Source of the DNA: Balanoglossus misakiensis
Lineage: Eukaryota > Animalia > Hemichordata
Assembly (NCBI GenBank): GCA_040954595.2
Contig: CM082586.2
Location: 186,001 to 250,000 of the forward strand
Length of the DNA: 64,000 nt
Reading direction: 5' to 3'
Of this stretch, positions 47,601-59,700 are shown piece after piece. Both the position numbers and the translations under genes were made by a program. The notes below the pieces were generated by a model, which worked only from the letters and a program-made list of their open reading frames with translations, was not told the origin of the DNA and did not search any database. The first letter of the stretch is position 1. The number at the start of each line of letters is the position of its first letter.

Positions 47601-48377
47601 AAATGAACAGCCTGTCAGTATCATCACAGACCATATGTTAAAATGTTTTTGGTAGGATAAAGAGCTCGTTTTGTTGGAGAAAAGAGTGCAATGCAAATGT
47701 TTATTATCGAGTCTGATTCTGCCCGACTGCCGCCCGAAAGACTTTATCTCTCACTCAGCGCCAGTGTTTGTACGGTATCCATTCTGTAAAGATAAGGCTA
47801 CTGTGCTAGTGTCTGTAGATTTCACGTTCGGTCGATATTGAAATGTTGTATAAGTATCATTCATATGTCTTCCGATCCGGATCGGATCAAATTATTGGAC
47901 AAAAAGAAATAAAACTAATGATTTTATCCACTCTGACATTATGGGGAGTGGTTGGTTTTCCCCGGAGAACTTATTTTTAACACCAATGATTTTAACGTCG
48001 GATCATGCAGCCAGACGATATCCCACTCCCCCAGTCAAAACATTCTCCTGGTTCCATATTTGTTTACATGGTAAATATGAATTCCGATTCTACTTTCCAC
48101 GACAAGCACGACACTAAATTTCTGTAGAAAACTCTAAAACATATGTACAGAGTAAAATCATGATCGTGTGGTGGGGACACACCTCATGACTAATGATGTT
48201 TTGATCGCCATCTACCACTCACAGTGTACAGGACGGTACGATGAAACTTACCTCTTCCAGAGCGGAAATGGTGTTGCGACAATATCCCATTTTGCCGACA
48301 AAATTCGACGTTGTTGGAGAAGAAAGATCATCTCGAGTCTCCTCTAAGAACTCGGTAACACTGATCAGGTCCGGCAT
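35637..48377 (-). CDS. ASAP1: ArfGAP with BAR, PH, ankyrin repeat, proline-rich and SH3 domains (ASAP1/2 pro-orthologue), 1004 aa, 22 coding exons
   Basis: Exons (minus): 48377-48252, 42851-42779, 42569-42421, 41985-41861, 41719-41644, 41409-41356, 41183-41098, 40719-40560, 40456-40198, 40045-39818, 39512-39379, 39186-39086, 38917-38737, 38512-38311, 38174-37975, 37774-37576, 37464-37309, 37088-36998, 36743-36643, 36384-36263, 35972-35856, 35711-35637; 3015 nt in frame. The N-terminus [21 protein letters not shown] is ASAP2-like. Also present: [35 protein letters not shown], ArfGAP zinc finger [29 protein letters not shown] (catalytic Arg intact), ankyrin TALH repeats and a C-terminal SH3 [18 protein letters not shown]...WWIG...[14 protein letters not shown]. 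Confidence 0.96.
43332..43565. repeat. Two-copy tandem repeat, 117-bp unit, in ASAP intron 1
   Basis: tacattcatgtctagggattgtaattgg...gaagatcaccagtgttcaggatggc occurs at 43332 and again at 43449 with only about 2 substitutions. The ORF 43364-43699 shows the duplicated peptide. Confidence 0.95.
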
Positions 48378-48693
48378 TGTGGTGCCAACATTTAAAGTTT
48401 CATAAAACGATTACTGATCGACCGATCTACAGTTCAAAACACCAGATCACCAACTCCAGGAAACAACTTTTGAAATCAATATGTGCGCATGTGTATATGT
48501 ATTAAAAAGTCTCGGCGATTGCGAGAAGTTGCGTGATTTGTGCAACCGCGGAAATTTCAGATGGTGGTTTGTTTACATCTGAACAGAAGTATCGTTACAT
48601 TCGTATTTTAGGAGCGTTTTGAAGCTGACAACGTCATCAAATAGAAATTGTCGATACCTCATTAGCACGGTTACTGTCTTGGTCGGTTGGTAG
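48378..48693. promoter_or_regulatory. Bidirectional promoter region shared by ASAP (-) and NSMCE2 (+), including a probable NSMCE2 non-coding first exon ending at 48693
   Basis: The start codons diverge 544 bp apart (48377 and 48921). The region is CpG-richer than its flanks, with an NRF1-like TGCGCATGTG near 48484 and an ETS-like CGGAAAT near 48548. A donor ag|gtacgt at 48693/4 and an acceptor ttcag| at 48875 define a 5' UTR intron. Confidence 0.6.
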
Positions 48694-48920
48694 GTACGTT
48701 AATTTCATTTAATTGAAGTTGGGACATTGATCATTTTCACAGCATGCAGTGGGTTATGGAGGCAGCTGGAGTTCAGTAGCTCGAGGTTTTGCCTTGGTTT
48801 GTGTATTTGTTGTCTTTAGCTTGTTAAAGAACCTCTAGTATTCTGTATTAATATCACAAGTTTGTGTATGTTCAGGCCATCATCTATAAGGTCCCAGTCG
48901 ATCATCTGTAAGTTATCGTC

Positions 48921-50752
48921 ATGACAACAGCAGGACCAGGCTTTCACGATGATGTTAATTTCACTGTAGTAGATAATGCTATCAATCAGCTGCAGAAGAT
49001 GAACCAGTTTATAGAGACTGGGATGACAGCATGTATGGATGTGGCCCTGGACTTGGAAGAGAGTACAAGTAAGAACAAAATGGATAATTACAGATACATA
49101 TGACCCCAACAATTACATGAAGTTGTCAGATCCTGGTGCTTTCAATTGCTATGATCTAACTGGACAATTCAACCACGTTGTTCAGCCTATGCCCCAAATT
49201 ACTGCTGAGAGCAAAAATGTGCATGTTAACAACCAAAGAAAAAGTAATGTAGTGATAAAGTTATTGATGAAGCAGCACACTTATTAATGCAGTTGTATTT
49301 TTATCATTCTTCAACAGTGGATCATGCTGAACAGGTAAATGAACTTAAAGACCAGATGAAAGACTATGTTCAAATGGAGAGAGATTTGACAGACTTCACA
49401 AAGGCTGTCGAGAATGTCAAACATAAGGTTAGTTATCACTCGTAATAAGATCTCTTAGTAAGAATAATTCTGTTTCCAGGATGAGAGTTCAGCCTTGGCC
49501 TCACATGTTGACCTTTGGCCGCCTATGTGCATAGATACCCGGGCAGCACAGTCTGAAAATACCCAGTTAGAAAAAACACACATGCAGTAGTGAAGGTTTC
49601 ATTAAAAGCAATCAGCATTACTTTGTCCAGTAATATCAGATTTCAAAAGGCAAACCTAGATTGGCCAATTATGTTGATTTCTCTTGATGAGCGGATATCA
49701 AGTAACCTCATTATCTCTTATAATATAAATGTCAAGACAAGATGATACTGGGGCTCATTAAAACCAAACGACTATTACCAGTAATTGGAGTAAATGGGAC
49801 ATTTAGTTATGGGGAAAGATATATTTTTGGAATCATTTAAAGCTTGGATTGGCCTAAATTTTCATCTCTATTTAATTCATTATTGGAAGAGTTTCCTGTC
49901 ATGATAAGGTCATTATTTGTACATGTAAGTTGGTAACCGCCAGATATAATTATTTCATTGTTTGATTCCTTTTTTTTTTAAATCTCAGATCGGAGTAACA
50001 CCGTTAGGAGACAAGATTGACGTTGAAACCATGTTGAAATGTGAACTTCAAGGCAAAGCTGGTAGCAGTGTTGCAAACTTTGCAAATCACCAAAGAATTC
50101 AAGAACTAAACGAGAAACTCTGGCAGATCAATCACCCTGGTAAGATTCAGCTCATATCAGTAATTGAAGCTGTTTTCATAGAGCCATGCTTCTTCAAATG
50201 GGTTCCTTCATCCCTTGTTAAATTCTTTGTCATCATTGTCCATTTTAGGTGAAACAGCGCCCTCACAGTTCACATCAACCAATGTTGAGGACGAAGATCT
50301 AGTGATGTCACAAGCGCCACTGAATACAAAGTGTCCAATAACGCAACAAGATATGGTTGATCCAGTTAAGAACAAGATATGTCAGCATAGTTATGAGAGG
50401 AAGGCTATATTACAACACATTGCTGGTGGTCGAGGCAAGAGAAAGTGAGTATGTCTTTTGGTACAGAAAGGCTGAACAAAGAATGTAATGTTTATTCACA
50501 GTATATTCTCATCCAATCTCAGAAACCTAGAAATGGTTCTTATCTAGGTGAAAGAGTGCTTTTTTGATGTATTTACAGTGTGTACTCCATTAACCAAATG
50601 TCTCATTTGTTATTGGTAGATGTCCGGTAGCTGGTTGTGGAAATGGCAAGCCAGTTGAAAAGAAACACTTAGAAGACAATGTTGCCCTGAAACATACCAT
50701 AGAGAGAAGAAACAGGCTGGCCAGTCAACGAGGTGGCCATCGTCGCAAATAG
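48921..50752 (+). CDS. NSMCE2: E3 SUMO ligase NSE2/MMS21 (SMC5/6 subunit, SP-RING), 245 aa, 5 coding exons
   Basis: Exons 48921-49068, 49318-49427, 49989-50139, 50249-50444, 50620-50752; GT-AG, 738 nt in frame. SP-RING signature DEDLVMSQ...KCPITQQDMVDPVKNKICQHSYERKAI...KCPVAGC. AATAAA near 51048. Confidence 0.93.
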
Positions 50753-53700
50753 ACAGATGAAATCAAGATGTGGACTTCGGAATGGAGTCCTGCACTTGAT
50801 CAGAAATAAAAGGCCTGTGAACACGATAGACATGACTTTGCTGTCACGGATGTTACAGCGCCACCAAGTGGCCAAATTTACATTTGGTAGTAGCCTTACA
50901 TGTTTGTGGCTATCATAGATTGTAGTTAGCGCAGTGGAGAATACTGGCAACTTGTTAGACATGTTACTTACTTATCATCTCATATATGTTTCTTTCTTCT
51001 ATTGTTCATTCATTTACCGCAGTTGGTGTTTATAAGATTGATATTTTAATAAAAAGACAAATACATTGTGTTTCCCTTTTCTGGTATTTCCATTTCTCGT
51101 AATTGGTCGACGATGAACGCTTAGTCGATGCACGTAGATCACGTCACTGTTGAAATATTACTGGCAGAATGGGATAAAACACCCTGCCGGAGTTTAGTTC
51201 CTCCTTATCAGGCACTCGACGTCATTGTCACTTGAATAGAAAATATGACACACTCTTGTCAAAATTAGCAGCAGTCGTGATGTGCACATTGCTATTAATA
51301 GCATTTGCTACGAATGCAGCACTGTTCGGTCGATTGCTGCAGAAATACTTCAGCGAAGCAGCGTAACAACCCTTCGGAACCTTTTTGCTGCCAATCTTCA
51401 TGGTCAGCCTCCCATGGTTACGCGATTAAAAATGCGACCACCACACTCGATAAAGATCTATGGCAAGACCGACCTATACCTTGATATCGAGGCCTGCATT
51501 GCAGGGGAAAGGTGGCATGAAACCTACCACGTTTATTTACTCACAGACAAAGACAACTATTTGTGATTTACTTTGGCTCGAGGATGTAGTAATTTAGAAA
51601 ACAAACAAACATTCAGTTCAGACATAAACACAAACTAAGACATAAACACAAATATCGCACCTAGCACACCTCGAACAATGATTAGTAATACACATATATA
51701 TAAAGCTTGTTCTCACTAAAAAGTTAATAAGCAGGACTGGACATTTAAACAAATATTTACATGATATGATGTTGAAGTCGGGTGTGAACAGCCAAATATA
51801 TCGTGTGCTAGAATAACAGGTTTGGTCTAATCCCGATTGTGCCAGGTGTTAGCGGTTCTATCTACCAAACTCGATCGTTTCCCTCTGGCTTTGGACTCTA
51901 CGGGAACACAGAATCACAAGGAAGTATTGTAGACTGAAGTACAACTACTTTACAATCCCTCCATCACCATATTCTAATGGAACATTGTCGAATTCCGTAT
52001 TCCAATAAAAAAACTTCCGACACCTCGTCTCCGATGAGGGGATACATTTTGGCTAACAGCGGTTTTTGTATAAACCGGGAACTGAATTCTCAACGGAACT
52101 TTGTTATTGCCAGCTGAAAACGTACTGCGAATGTGAGCTCACCGTCAGAGGAAGAGCTCAGCCAGCTGTTGTGAAAAAAGCGCCCATCATTATTTCCGTA
52201 GTCGACAAAAGCCCTTGCAGTGCGGATGTGGATCAAGACTGTTTCTATGGCTACATGGTCGAATGCATCTTACCCAAGGATGCGCAGTGGACTTTTGTTG
52301 GTTTCCATCAGCATTGAAGTCCACAAAAGTGGCCGTGACACTTCCGAAACTATTTCTGATGTGATGACAAAGAAATATGAAGAAGCCGGAATTTCATATT
52401 TGAGACAAGATAGCCGTAACCATGTCAACTCTCTAGCATAACTAGCCACGGCGATGAGCTTATTAGAGATGCTGTACATGAAAACTCATCATCATAAATG
52501 AAAACACGTGATAATCCCTTTTCTCCATTTTCCAAATGCGCATGCCAGTGTCATTCTACATGTTTCATTGTCCACCAGTTGTGTAATAAACACGTGGCGT
52601 GTGTAAGACAGGAAGCCATACACCTGAGTCACGCACCACGTGTATACTTTAATACGACGCTTCATAAAAATATCGACAATAAAATAGTTTTGGAGGAAGC
52701 AGCTGTGTCGGATAAGTGGTAATAATCTGGGATTTGATGGATTTGTCTGTTGGAAGTCGATTTCACCCGGAAACCACCAACTGCAACCCGTGCTGCAATA
52801 AGCATTGCAGCTGAGACAATATACATGCAGACATTTACAGAATTGAAATTTCACGGCAAATTAACGAACGTGGATCAACACTGCGGATGAGATTTCAAAT
52901 GGTGCCGGCATATGAGCGGTGCGTTGTGATGGTAATTAGATGTATTAAAGTGATCATATCTAAGATCAAGTTGTGAATCATGGTTGATGATGGTTTGTTG
53001 TGTGTATACCAGCAAAAACCAACAATTATTTTACAAGTTATGAACTCGGACCTGCTATCTTCTGTCGTACTAATTCTGGCGTAAAATTTTGTCTCTGTCG
53101 CTTTCTGTCCCCTGTCTTTATGTGCAAATGTCTGCCTGTTCAGTCTACCTGTGTGTGTATGGATGTATGCATGCATGATTACTGAAGTCATGATACGCAG
53201 CATGATGGTGATGTCACGACATCATACTATTTAGGGAAAATGTACACTTAACAATGAATCCTTTATATCACGAATTCCCTTGCCAATATGACAAGAGCAG
53301 ATCATGTAGAATGACTTTGCTGGGAAGATATCGATCGAATTGATCGAAAATCCCGGCATGCAAAATAGGCTTAATGTTCTCAAATTGCAGGAAGATGTGT
53401 TGCGGTGATAGAAGGAGCCGTCCGAATTTAGGGATGTTGGAAAAGTATGATTTGATATTCAAAACATGAAAAATGTATGTTTTTGCGAACTAACTGGACG
53501 CGCTTGACGATGCAAGTGTCACGTACGCATCGCTATACTAGTAGTATGTGCATGCGCATTGTCTCATAAAGGTGTTTCGAAATCCCCCAACATGCACCAA
53601 TCCCACGCATACAGCAGACTTTATGTGGGTAATACTAATCAGTTTTGAAATCGTAGACGCATACTAGTAAATGAGATGTCTATCACCAGGCCATTTTTGT

Positions 53701-55367
53701 TCTTTCTGTCAGTGGAGTTTTCATTTGTACTGTACATGTATCCTGTTTATATTATTCTGTCATGACAATATCACTTAGGGTCAATGTACGTACAGGACAA
53801 TGAAAATGAAGGTGATGATGATTTTATACATTTGCACGATACGTCAGTCCACTCACTGGAAATAGTATGAACGCAGTCTTTGTCATGACCACGAAAGTAT
53901 GACGTTTTCCAGCAAGTACAAAACACCAAAATGATCGTCGTGACAAGTCTGATGATATCTATGTTGTTTTGTGAGTGAAACTCTTCGGAAACACAGCATG
54001 CATATCAAATAGTACAATGGAGAAATATGAACAAACATGTATCTATATTCTTATACCACAGTTCTTTTATTTAGAATAGTGTCAATCCAGTTCAATATTT
54101 GACATGAATTGTATGCGCGAAGAATAAGTTTTACAATTTGCATCAAAAGTTGCTGTTTTTCAAGGTTTAACTTTTTGCTATGTAAAATCCATCGCAGTCA
54201 AGTTCACCATGTTTACGCGATAATGACCTCCGAACTGAGCTGACCTTACCAAGATGAAAGAACACCTCAGTACGTCTGCAACTTAAAATGTTCATGAGAA
54301 CTTGACCGTGGCACGTTGCTTTCCAATGTCGATAATAATGACTTCCGGTGTTGTCGGTCAACGTGATGCCACGGACGTGTCGTTTTCTATAGCGAAAGTA
54401 CCGCGCGTCATCCATGATATGATTAAATGAATGTGTGATAGTCCTCGGCAAGTTTGACTTTGGGCGTTTTCAAGGTTGAAGAGGTTGTTTATTTCCCCCA
54501 GTCGGCTAACATTTCTTTTAAAATAAGATTTTAACCCCGGGTTGTTGTTTATATCTTGGCGATTGAAAGTCTTATTTACGTCCTTGACAATATTACTTTT
54601 TCGTCGCGTTGATATCATTCATTCGATAGATTACACGTATGTTATCAGGGGCATGGAGAAATAAATACTAAAAATAAAATGTATGCGTCAAAACTATACA
54701 CAGCATGGCGGGTTTTTCTAAATAATGACTATGATTGTGCACGTATGTGCTCAAATGGTTTCCAGACGCAAAATGATATCATACATTTGTTCGATCTGTT
54801 AAAACATTCAACCATGGCATTAACCTACGCAAACACAGCGATTTCATGGCAAGTCGAAATTAGATCCAACAAAATGATTGTGTGACTCTAGTAATAATTG
54901 TGTTTGAGACGCCCGTTGTATCGATTAATTGAACGTTTCTATTATCGTTGTCGATAATTATACCTTTCCGTTTTCATCATTGTTTATATTTTGCAAATGT
55001 TGGAATATTGCGGCCATTTCAACGCCTGCCAATTCTTTAAAATCGTTGACATTTGGTGACGTCCTCATAAGATATTGTCTAGTTTCATCATAAGAATACG
55101 CATCCAACAATGATATTGACAACTTGACGTCGGAAATGTACAAATTTATTCTGTTCGAGAGGCATGGTGATTTTATATTGTGATGCATGTAGTTACATTC
55201 CTGGCCCCGTAAAGTAAAGTCAACTTTCGTGTTCCATAAGAATACAAGTACTATTGCGAAATTATTTTGTTGTCGTTGTGAACAAAAACATCGTCTGCTA
55301 GAACGTGACGCGTTTCGCGTTCTCTGAGTGCCTTGACCACACGATGACCGACGTGAAATACACAGGC

Positions 55368-55568
55368 CCGGAAGTTCACTTGCAGTCAATGACAACAATC
55401 TGTTTTTCTATTGGCCAGCATAAATTAGCACCATTCCTCAAAAACCGCCGTGTCGTCGTTTAGGCTGACGTCAGAGCTTGTTCATCGCGCCACAGTGCCA
55501 TATATGGAAAAGTCTGTTCCTAATACGGCTAATCATTTTAATTAGTTGTCCATATTTGCCATATATGG
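55368..55568 (+). promoter_or_regulatory. Putative Tribbles promoter: ETS, CCAAT, CRE and two perfect CArG boxes
   Basis: CCGGAAGT 55368-55375, ATTGG near 55410, TGACGTCA 55466-55473, and CCATATATGG at both 55498-55507 and 55559-55568. Near-CArG sites CCTAATACGG (55519) and CCATATTTGC (55550). The region is CpG-rich and about 1.2 kb upstream of the ATG. Confidence 0.6.
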
Positions 55569-56762
55569 AGGGCGGCGTGAATCATTGAGGTTCCATCGCG
55601 TCATCAAAGATTCACATGACCAACGTTGTATGTTGCAATCACTTGCGTTGCCATTCTTGTTTGATTGCTGCTGTTTTTTGCCCAGTTTCTGCTTACACGT
55701 AAACAAACTAGTTCGTAGTTTTCCTATGATAGTTTTTAAGTACACGAACGCTGATTTTTGCAACTGATATTCGGAATTATCAAGCACAGCACTAGAGAAG
55801 AAATCATTGCGGGTTGTATGGCTTTTGTTTGTTTCATTTAGTGTGAAATATACAAAGCAATTTTTTTTTAAAATCCTGCGCACTCGCGGATTGATATTTG
55901 GAAGGGAGGTGTGGATCTTCTGGATTCGTCGTTCATCCCTGCGAGAGGAATCGTAGTGTAGCCACGTTGCACAATGGCGAACACCGGTTACAACAAACCT
56001 ACTCCCTGCTTCTAAGCGGGATAAGCCGACGATTCTGGCTATCCTGGAGCGGGAACAGCGCACAGAATATTGGTAGACGATCTCGGGAACACGTCGGGTA
56101 AGATAGAAGGTTTCAATCTGGGGATACAACCGAACTACGTGTGTACCGGACGAGGGAATCCTCAATCGTGCAGCAGGACTCGTTTGCAGGTTTGCGTCAT
56201 CATCTAGCAACTTTACTGCGTCAAGCCCGGAACAACAAAAAGATTGACGTGGGAGAGTTCAGGAACAGTCGTGCGTCTGTCATTTACCGTGATCGTTTAG
56301 CCAGTATCTCGGACTTTAATATATTCGAACGTGTTCGAATGTGTTTATTCGAATTTTTAGCTCGAGCAATTTTGACAGTTGAGATAGAATTTGTTACTGC
56401 GTAACAGCACTTGCCTAACATTTACATGTACAGTGTAAAAAATCTTCAGTCGACTTTACCATGCGGAATTAGTCACATCGGATATTTCGCAATCAGCTGA
56501 CACGTTTCACAAGAACAGAATCATCTTATTAATCAAGACTCCCTCTTGTATAAGCTGGTAAGACCGACTCTGCAAGAGAAAATAAGACGAATTGAGACTG
56601 CCGAGGGATTGATTCCAGTCAGCTGTGGCATCTCGTTTTATTGAACTCTCGTCGAACAGTATTATTTTATAAGTAAGTTACATTTCAAGAGACTTTCTTC
56701 AAGAACTCAGGAGTTTGATAGGAGCAACCTATTGGAAAATTGGGAACAGGTCAAAGTTTTAA

Positions 56763-59700
56763 ATGAACGTACAGCACTCTCGCCCAATCCAGATTCAACA
56801 TGGGCCGAAGCATTATGTGCCGTACGACTCACCACCCGATTTGAACTATTCACTCAGTCCGAATTTACAAGCTGCAACCCCTCCGCAATTTACTCAAAAT
56901 GAGTGTGCAAAGACTCATGTTATCTCTAAGATCGGCAGATATATCTTGGTGGAGCAGTTGGAGAAGAATCAATTTAAGGCCATCGATGCTGTGACTCAGG
57001 ATGTATTCCTTTGTAAGGTACGTTGAGGACAACAAAGAGATGTGTGCGTTTCATGCACCATGTTCAATATCGCAGAAGCATTTTACATAAAACAGTTTTT
57101 TTTTTTTTTAAGTTGTGTGACTTTATGTCCAGAAAAGGAATTGGACTAGTGTTCAGAAATTATGATGGTAATCGGTATAATTGATAGAAATGAATCGTGG
57201 CGGCAATGGATAATTATCCCGCATGAGATGCATAAAGACTTTATCTGTTGTCGATTTCCGCGGCAGTTTCATCCAATAACGCGTGGCAACCAACATGACG
57301 CATGACGCGGTGTTGCTGCTACGTGCCAGTGTAGGTGTCGATGCGTGCAACAATGGCATAAAAGTAGCTGCGAACGAGATTCCAAGCAGAGTTACCCATT
57401 CATTGACATTCGTCTATTGCGTATTTTTTTCCACTTTATTTTTTATGTGCGTAAAACGCGTCAATTTTCCATGCTACCTCTTCCATGGTCAACTGACCTA
57501 TGCCTCCACTTAGCTACCCAAAATTTTGACCTTTATGTTAAAATGTCATTTCTCTCTGGTCATCGTCCAGGCACCAGCGCACCACAAGTACAAGTGATTT
57601 GACATACACCTTTCATTAATTTTAACCCAGGGCACGAAAATTATTTTCAAATATTTCTCACTTACTTCCAAGTTTTGGGTGGGTTTATTTTTAATATTAT
57701 GGACTTCGAGATCGTGGAATTTTTCAGGTGAGGGGTCAGCACGTGGTATCAGTTGGATATTTCTGTCGACAACATGAAATGAACGGATTTCTCTCACTGT
57801 TCTAGGCGTTATATGCAGCTGTCAACTTTTAAGATTGCCAAATTATTAAATCTAACACACATCATCAAAAGATGTCAATTTCGTCATCTTTAACATCGCC
57901 ATGAGACAACTGGTCACCCAGTAGACAAAGGATTTGATTCATTCATGTGGCATGGTTAAATTGTCAGTGTATTGCAACATACTATTTCGACTGGACCAGG
58001 CCAGTCGGACATCCTGTGGCCACAGTAACATTATGTTTATTACAATTTAACCATTGGCTGGTGATTCAATTTCCATGAATAAACCACTGGAAATGCAGTT
58101 GGCCAAGCTAACTGTTCAGAACAATAGACTCCTATGAGTAACACGTTCCCAGCACACACATGGCTCACCACATGGTCACAATGGAAATTTGGTCCACAGC
58201 AGTTTAGTTGCAAAATAAACTAATTAATTTGTTAACTTCCTGCAATTAATTAAGATGTAATATTCCCTGCTGTTTAATTTTGTAACATAAAAAAGTCCCC
58301 TGTGGTCAGAGGAATCTCTTTCCTGCAGAGGTACTCCCTGTGAACAATAGGATATTGAAGCCCTATTTCAGTTGTAATATCCACCTAGTTCAAGAAGAAT
58401 CTTGGCATAATGAAAATAGTGTGTGTATTTGGGGGGGGGGGGGGCGTTCATTGGGCCCTGATGAAATGGATGAGATTGTTGTGCAAGAAAGCATTTTGTA
58501 GATTTGGCAATAAATGAAAATTTGCGATTTATTGTGCAATAGGGCAGTTTTATAATGGCTTTTGCAAGGTATGTGTTCATTGTGCAAATTTTGGCTTAAC
58601 ACATGCTTTAACATGTACCCTCTTTTATATTTCCAGGTTTTTGAAGTAAGCAAATACCAAGAAAGTTTAGCAGCATATTTCCGAGTTGAGCAACATGAAA
58701 ACATCAACCAGATTGTTGAAATTCTGCTGGGAGATACCTACGCCTACGTGTTCTTTGAAGCCGGTCATGGTGATATGCATTCCTATGTCCGCAATAAACG
58801 ACGGCTTAAAGAAGAAGAGGCGAGCAGAATGTTCTATCAAATAGCATCAGCAGTCGCACAGTGTCATGAAAATGGAATTGTTCTTAGAGATCTAAAGCTG
58901 AGAAAATTTGTCTTCAAAGACATAGAGCAGTAAGTATTTTTCTTTGCTGTCTGTCCGTCATATGACGATTTCAAATGTGGTTGTTATTCAGGGGATCTGC
59001 TGATTTGAATCATTTCAGGTGAAGATAGTCATGTTGGTTGCCAAGCAATTACCTGTACCTCCCAGGAGAGAGCTCATTTCCTGTGTAGTCAAAATGAGCC
59101 ACTTCCTTGACCAATTCAAGCAGACATGAATCAGTTGGGTATTTTATAATTCAGCCAAGTCGTGTGTTCAAATTCATGCAGTTTCCTCTGAAATAACTCA
59201 TGAAGATAAGTGGAACAACAAAACTGATAAAATGAGAAAAAGCTTGAAAGATCAGCTTGACTAGACAATAAGTTTATGTCTGTTATCATTGCTTGAAAAT
59301 TGGTTAAATAGGGCTCATTTTGATTGCCCATCAGTATGAGCTATTTCTAATGTCCAATTTTAGTGTAAGCTTCTTTGTCTGATGTCAGCCGTGACATACT
59401 ACTATATGAACTATTCACGGTAGATTTGTTAATGGCAATAATGCAACTACCGCCAACGTTGATGCATTCACCATTATTGGTAACCATGGAAACATCTTAT
59501 TCATATAAAATGACTGGTTGGTTGTCAGCCCGGTGGGAATATGGCTAATTTTAGACTTGCTATCATCAAAGGAAGTATTGGACAAGGGGAGGGAAAACTG
59601 TGGTTTTTACACTGTGAATGGTGCTCAAGGTGATTCGATTGCCTGCCAATGCAGATAACAAAGGTCGGCCAATTGGGGTCAAGAGGTCACCAACTCATGT

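Noticed and set aside
55542-56210. 222-aa minus-strand ORF, the longest entry in the ORF track
   Set aside because: No recognisable domain or plausible composition. It lies antisense over the CpG-rich Tribbles promoter/leader, where stop codons are depleted.
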